Shown piece by piece: positions 42,377 through 45,466 of a stretch of 45,466 bases of DNA. A program made the position numbers and the translations under genes. Positions within the stretch are counted from its first letter, which is position 1; every line of letters starts with the position of its first letter. The notes beneath the pieces are model-generated. The model was not told the origin of the DNA and ran no database searches. It saw nothing but the letters and a program-made list of their open reading frames with translations. The DNA comes from a virus (lineage: Duplodnaviria > Caudoviricetes): IMG/VR virus record IMGVR_UViG_3300024998_000191, positions 1 to 45,466 of that record. One strand, written 5' to 3'.

Positions 42377-45233
42377 ACGCCATGCGCAGCCCGATCCGCT
42401 GCGCGACCTTCGAACCGCGTGCTGCAAGGCTGAACCTTGCCACATCAAGCGTTTCCTTTTGGCGCATCTGGGCCTGAAATCCAGCGGTGGTCTTTTTGTT
42501 CAGTTCAGCCACGCGGCGCTGAAACTCGGTCGCGGTTTCCTTTGTCTCCCGCCGGGAGAGGTTGCGGATCACGTTCGCCCACAGGTGATCCTGCGTGATT
42601 CGCTCGCGCACACCCAGCGGGCGCCGGCCTTCGGCTTCCCGCATCTCCGCGCCTTCAGAGCCGATGATCCATGACGTAACCCTGTGGCGGGACATACCGA
42701 CATAGGCACGGAACCCATCGACGTTCTTCGATCCGCCCGGTAGGGCCAGTATGTGGCGGTCTGACGTGAGGCCCTGTGCAGCGTCGATCGTCAGCGCGTC
42801 ACCGTAGGCCAGCATTACCCGTCCGTCCTCATCGCGGATGCGCTCCCACCTGATGAGCGCGATCTTCCCTGACTGCGCCTTGACCTTGATCCCGTGTTCC
42901 AGCACCTCGGCGATCTCAAGCACTGTGCCGTTGTTGCCGATATGGCCGTCCCGTCCGTTGCCAAACAGGGCATGTGTCCGTTTAAACAGCCTCACACGGT
43001 CTCCGGCTGCAAGGGCCAGGTCGTAGGTATCACCGGCCTTATCGACCGCCTTGAACACCGTTCCGCCCTCGATGCCACGCCGCTTCCGGATCGCTTTCCC
43101 GATGGCATGGGCTTCGGCATTCGTTGGAGCGCAGACGGTCGCTGATTCCGCCACGGCAAGATCAGCGATCCGTTCGACGGCTTCCTCAAACCCGCCCGGC
43201 ACAAGCTCGGCAGTGGCGTCCTTCCGCTTCGCACCGATGGCCTGCTCGATCTCGCCGTCACGGAACATGCGGGACAGTTCCTGTTCGCGTTCCGATTGCT
43301 GGCGGACGGTGACAAGGATCTCCGGAATGGCGTCGCCAAGTGCTTCCCGCAACAGATCGATGACCGGACCCGCGGTCACGCTCTGACATTGACGATGATC
43401 GCCTGTGGCGATGACCTGAAAGCCGAACTTCGCCTGCAACCGCAGGAGCCGAAGAAATTCCAGCGTGCCGACCTGACTGATCTCATCCAGAACGACGACG
43501 CTGCGCCTGCCGAGTTTGAAGCGCCCGCTTTCAGCCCGGTCGAGGAAGGGCTGCAAGGCCCAGACATTCAGGCCGTGTATGCCACAGCCCTTCAACTCCT
43601 CGGCCTGCCGCCAGGCCTGCGCGGTTCCCCAGACATCATAGCCCCGGCGCTTATAGGCGTTCGTCAGGTGCCGGAGCGTGGCCTTGGTCTTACCCGCGCC
43701 TGCAGCTCCGATCAGCAGCCCGAACGCGCCGGACTTTCCAAGTTTCCGGGTGGCGGCGTGTTGCTGCTGTCCTGCCTTGCCGTCGTACCGCACATCCCCC
43801 TGCGCTGCGTCGATCTCCCTTTCCGTGAGCGCCCGCGACTTGTCCCGGTAGGCCCGGCGCACAAGGTCGATCAGTTCCCGTTCCTGCTCGATATGCAGCG
43901 CGGTCGTGACCTTCACGCCCTTGTCGGTCTCGGCCCAGTGCAGCCGTGTCAGCCGACCGTCATGGATGACGCCTTCCTTGACCATGCGCCGGGTCAGGTC
44001 GCCTATCTCCTTCGTGGAGCGGATACCCCACTGGATCAGCCCGCGCACCGCCTGTAGCCGCGCCTCCGGGCCATAGATGACGGCTTTCTCCTTGAACAGG
44101 GACGCCAGCAGCGGCAGGGCAGTCTGCAGAGCGGCATCCGGGTCGTGGCGCTCCTCGGCTCCGGTGACCGCCGTCTCGTGCTTCCAGCCGATGGCTTCAG
44201 CCTGCGCTTTCCACGCCGCGAAGTTCGCGAGGTCGTCGGCCTTGGCCCGGCGGGTGTCCTTCGCGCCGCGCTTCAGCATGGCCACGCGGGCTTCGACCGG
44301 CATAGCTTCCCACTCCTTGCCGAGACTGCCCGCCGCTTCCCTTGCGGCCTGCCTGGCGTCCTTGGTCCGCTTGGAAAACGCGTCGCAGACGTATTGGGGG
44401 ATGATTGCCAGCTTCGCCATGAGCGTGCGGTCGCACAGGTCGACCTCGATCCCGATCCTGCGGAGATTGGCGGCAAGGAAGGCTTGGTAGACCGCGCCGA
44501 ACTCCTTCTTGCGCCCCCAGTGGAATTGCATCGTATCGATAGCCCGGAACTTTCCGTCCTCGCCTACGGTCAGGTTCGGGACGATGTTGTGGCTGTGCAG
44601 TTCTGGGTCGCCCGGCATGTTCGGCGCCAGCGTGTAAAGCTCTGTGCCGACCACGCCCGTGACAGGGTCGGGGCGGGTGATATCGACCGTCGCCCTCGCG
44701 GTGAAATGGTTGATCGTGATCCAGGCCATCTTAGCCGAGGCGTTCGACTGAACCCCGTTCCGTTTGACTCGGGTGCCTACGGTTTCCTCGACGTACCGGA
44801 GCGCGGCGGCGTTGGCGTCGATATGGCACTGAAGGATGGAATAACGCTCGGCGTCGGTCTTCGCGTGCGCCCACGCAACGGATACGGATTTCGGGGCTGA
44901 GAAACACAGGTCCATCCCGGAGACGCGGTGCTTGCCGTCTTTGGTTTTGAGCGCCTGTTTTTTGCCGGGAAGATCGGCCTTGTCCGCCCGGCGTCCGGAG
45001 AGGATCGCGCCAAGGCGCTCCTCGGTCAGGGCTTCACCTGGTTTGAGGTCAAGGGCTTCTGCAAGGCGCGTGTCGATGTCCGGCCTGACGTGCGGAAATG
45101 CGCCTTCGGTGGAGCGGCCGTAATAGTCGGCCAGCTTGATGTGTTCGTCGGGAAGAGTCTGCTCAAGCAGGTGCGCCGTATAAGCCGAGGCTTCGGACAG
45201 CGCACCCGCGGCAATGGCCCGGAAGGTCAGCAC
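42360..45233 (-). CDS. mobF: MobF (TrwC/TraI-like) relaxase-helicase
   Basis: N-terminal Y...YY, DLCFSAPKSVS, HFTAR, DPELHSH and FSKRT motifs; helicase GAAGAGKT, VLDE, GD..Q, VRQ, TID.AQGLT and YVGMSRHR. Confidence 0.93.
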   Translation of the reverse strand: MLTFRAIAAGALSEASAYTAHLLEQTLPDEHIKLADYYGRSTEGAFPHVRPDIDTRLAEALDLKPGEALTEERLGAILSGRRADKADLPGKKQALKTKDGKHRVSGMDLCFSAPKSVSVAWAHAKTDAERYSILQCHIDANAAALRYVEETVGTRVKRNGVQSNASAKMAWITINHFTARATVDITRPDPVTGVVGTELYTLAPNMPGDPELHSHNIVPNLTVGEDGKFRAIDTMQFHWGRKKEFGAVYQAFLAANLRRIGIEVDLCDRTLMAKLAIIPQYVCDAFSKRTKDARQAAREAAGSLGKEWEAMPVEARVAMLKRGAKDTRRAKADDLANFAAWKAQAEAIGWKHETAVTGAEERHDPDAALQTALPLLASLFKEKAVIYGPEARLQAVRGLIQWGIRSTKEIGDLTRRMVKEGVIHDGRLTRLHWAETDKGVKVTTALHIEQERELIDLVRRAYRDKSRALTEREIDAAQGDVRYDGKAGQQQHAATRKLGKSGAFGLLIGAAGAGKTKATLRHLTNAYKRRGYDVWGTAQAWRQAEELKGCGIHGLNVWALQPFLDRAESGRFKLGRRSVVVLDEISQVGTLEFLRLLRLQAKFGFQVIATGDHRQCQSVTAGPVIDLLREALGDAIPEILVTVRQQSEREQELSRMFRDGEIEQAIGAKRKDATAELVPGGFEEAVERIADLAVAESATVCAPTNAEAHAIGKAIRKRRGIEGGTVFKAVDKAGDTYDLALAAGDRVRLFKRTHALFGNGRDGHIGNNGTVLEIAEVLEHGIKVKAQSGKIALIRWERIRDEDGRVMLAYGDALTIDAAQGLTSDRHILALPGGSKNVDGFRAYVGMSRHRVTSWIIGSEGAEMREAEGRRPLGVRERITQDHLWANVIRNLSRRETKETATEFQRRVAELNKKTTAGFQAQMRQKETLDVARFSLAARGSKVAQRIGLRMAFRPAA

Positions 45234-45466
45234 GCCTCGTGAGGGCTGCGCAGGCGAGCGGATAGCGTATCCGGCATCGCCTTGACGCGGGCGTGAATGT
45301 CCATGACCGCTTCGTGGATGACCGCGATAGCGTCTCCGTCGCCCGGCTCGGCCAGTTGCGCCAGCGACTCCTGCATGGTTTCGAGCGGCGGCAGGAGGGA
45401 CAGCATGTCGTTCCGCAGGCCATCGATCCCCGCGAGAATGGCATCAAGCTTTTCGTCGATCGACAT
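45227..45466 (-). CDS. Small coiled-coil protein overlapping the relaxase start (possible relaxosome accessory)
   Basis: Its stop overlaps the relaxase GTG region; 79 aa, helical. Confidence 0.55.
   Translation of the reverse strand: MSIDEKLDAILAGIDGLRNDMLSLLPPLETMQESLAQLAEPGDGDAIAVIHEAVMDIHARVKAMPDTLSARLRSPHEAC

Noticed and set aside
42360-45466. Complete conjugation system or ICE
   Set aside because: No coupling protein, VirB4 or other T4SS genes, and no identifiable oriT within the window.

Overview
The window is an apparently near-complete ~45 kb siphovirus-type (pro)phage of an alphaproteobacterium. The host inference rests on GapR/DUF2312, DUF4167, an alpha-type XRE regulator and a GTA-like tail tip. 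It is trimmed exactly at gene boundaries: it starts at a stop codon and ends at a start codon. Minus strand, 1-24.0 kb, is the late operon: terminase, portal-MuF fusion, protease/scaffold, capsid, neck, tail tube, frameshifting chaperone, tape measure, DUF2460/DUF2163/NlpC/tip, fibre, lysis cassette and an SGNH esterase. Minus strand, 24.3-35.4 kb, is a cro-led early/middle operon: Gp49/66-family protein, histone-like protein, GapR-RMF fusion, AAA+ ATPase, VRR-NUC, MT-A70 methylase, replication initiator with iterons, Dda-like helicase, membrane/Zn-finger genes and a Q-like regulator. Plus strand, 35.5-42.4 kb, is a recombination/accessory operon (RecE-like, Sak4-like, DUF968, lipoprotein, XRE). 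Most striking: (i) no integrase, ParAB or CI repressor is visible, and two palindromic operators sit ~50 bp apart where cI normally lies; (ii) a MobF/TrwC relaxase-helicase occupies the end of the early arm, overlapping the last phage gene; (iii) the genome is rich in apparent structured RNAs: a ~10-hairpin late leader with anti-SD-like loops, a C4/CI-like antisense RNA in front of the replication gene, a ~300-nt RNA behind cro and a nested tRNA-like element; (iv) an A9 slippery run lies between the portal and MuF domains. All family assignments are by eye from remembered motifs; no searches were run.
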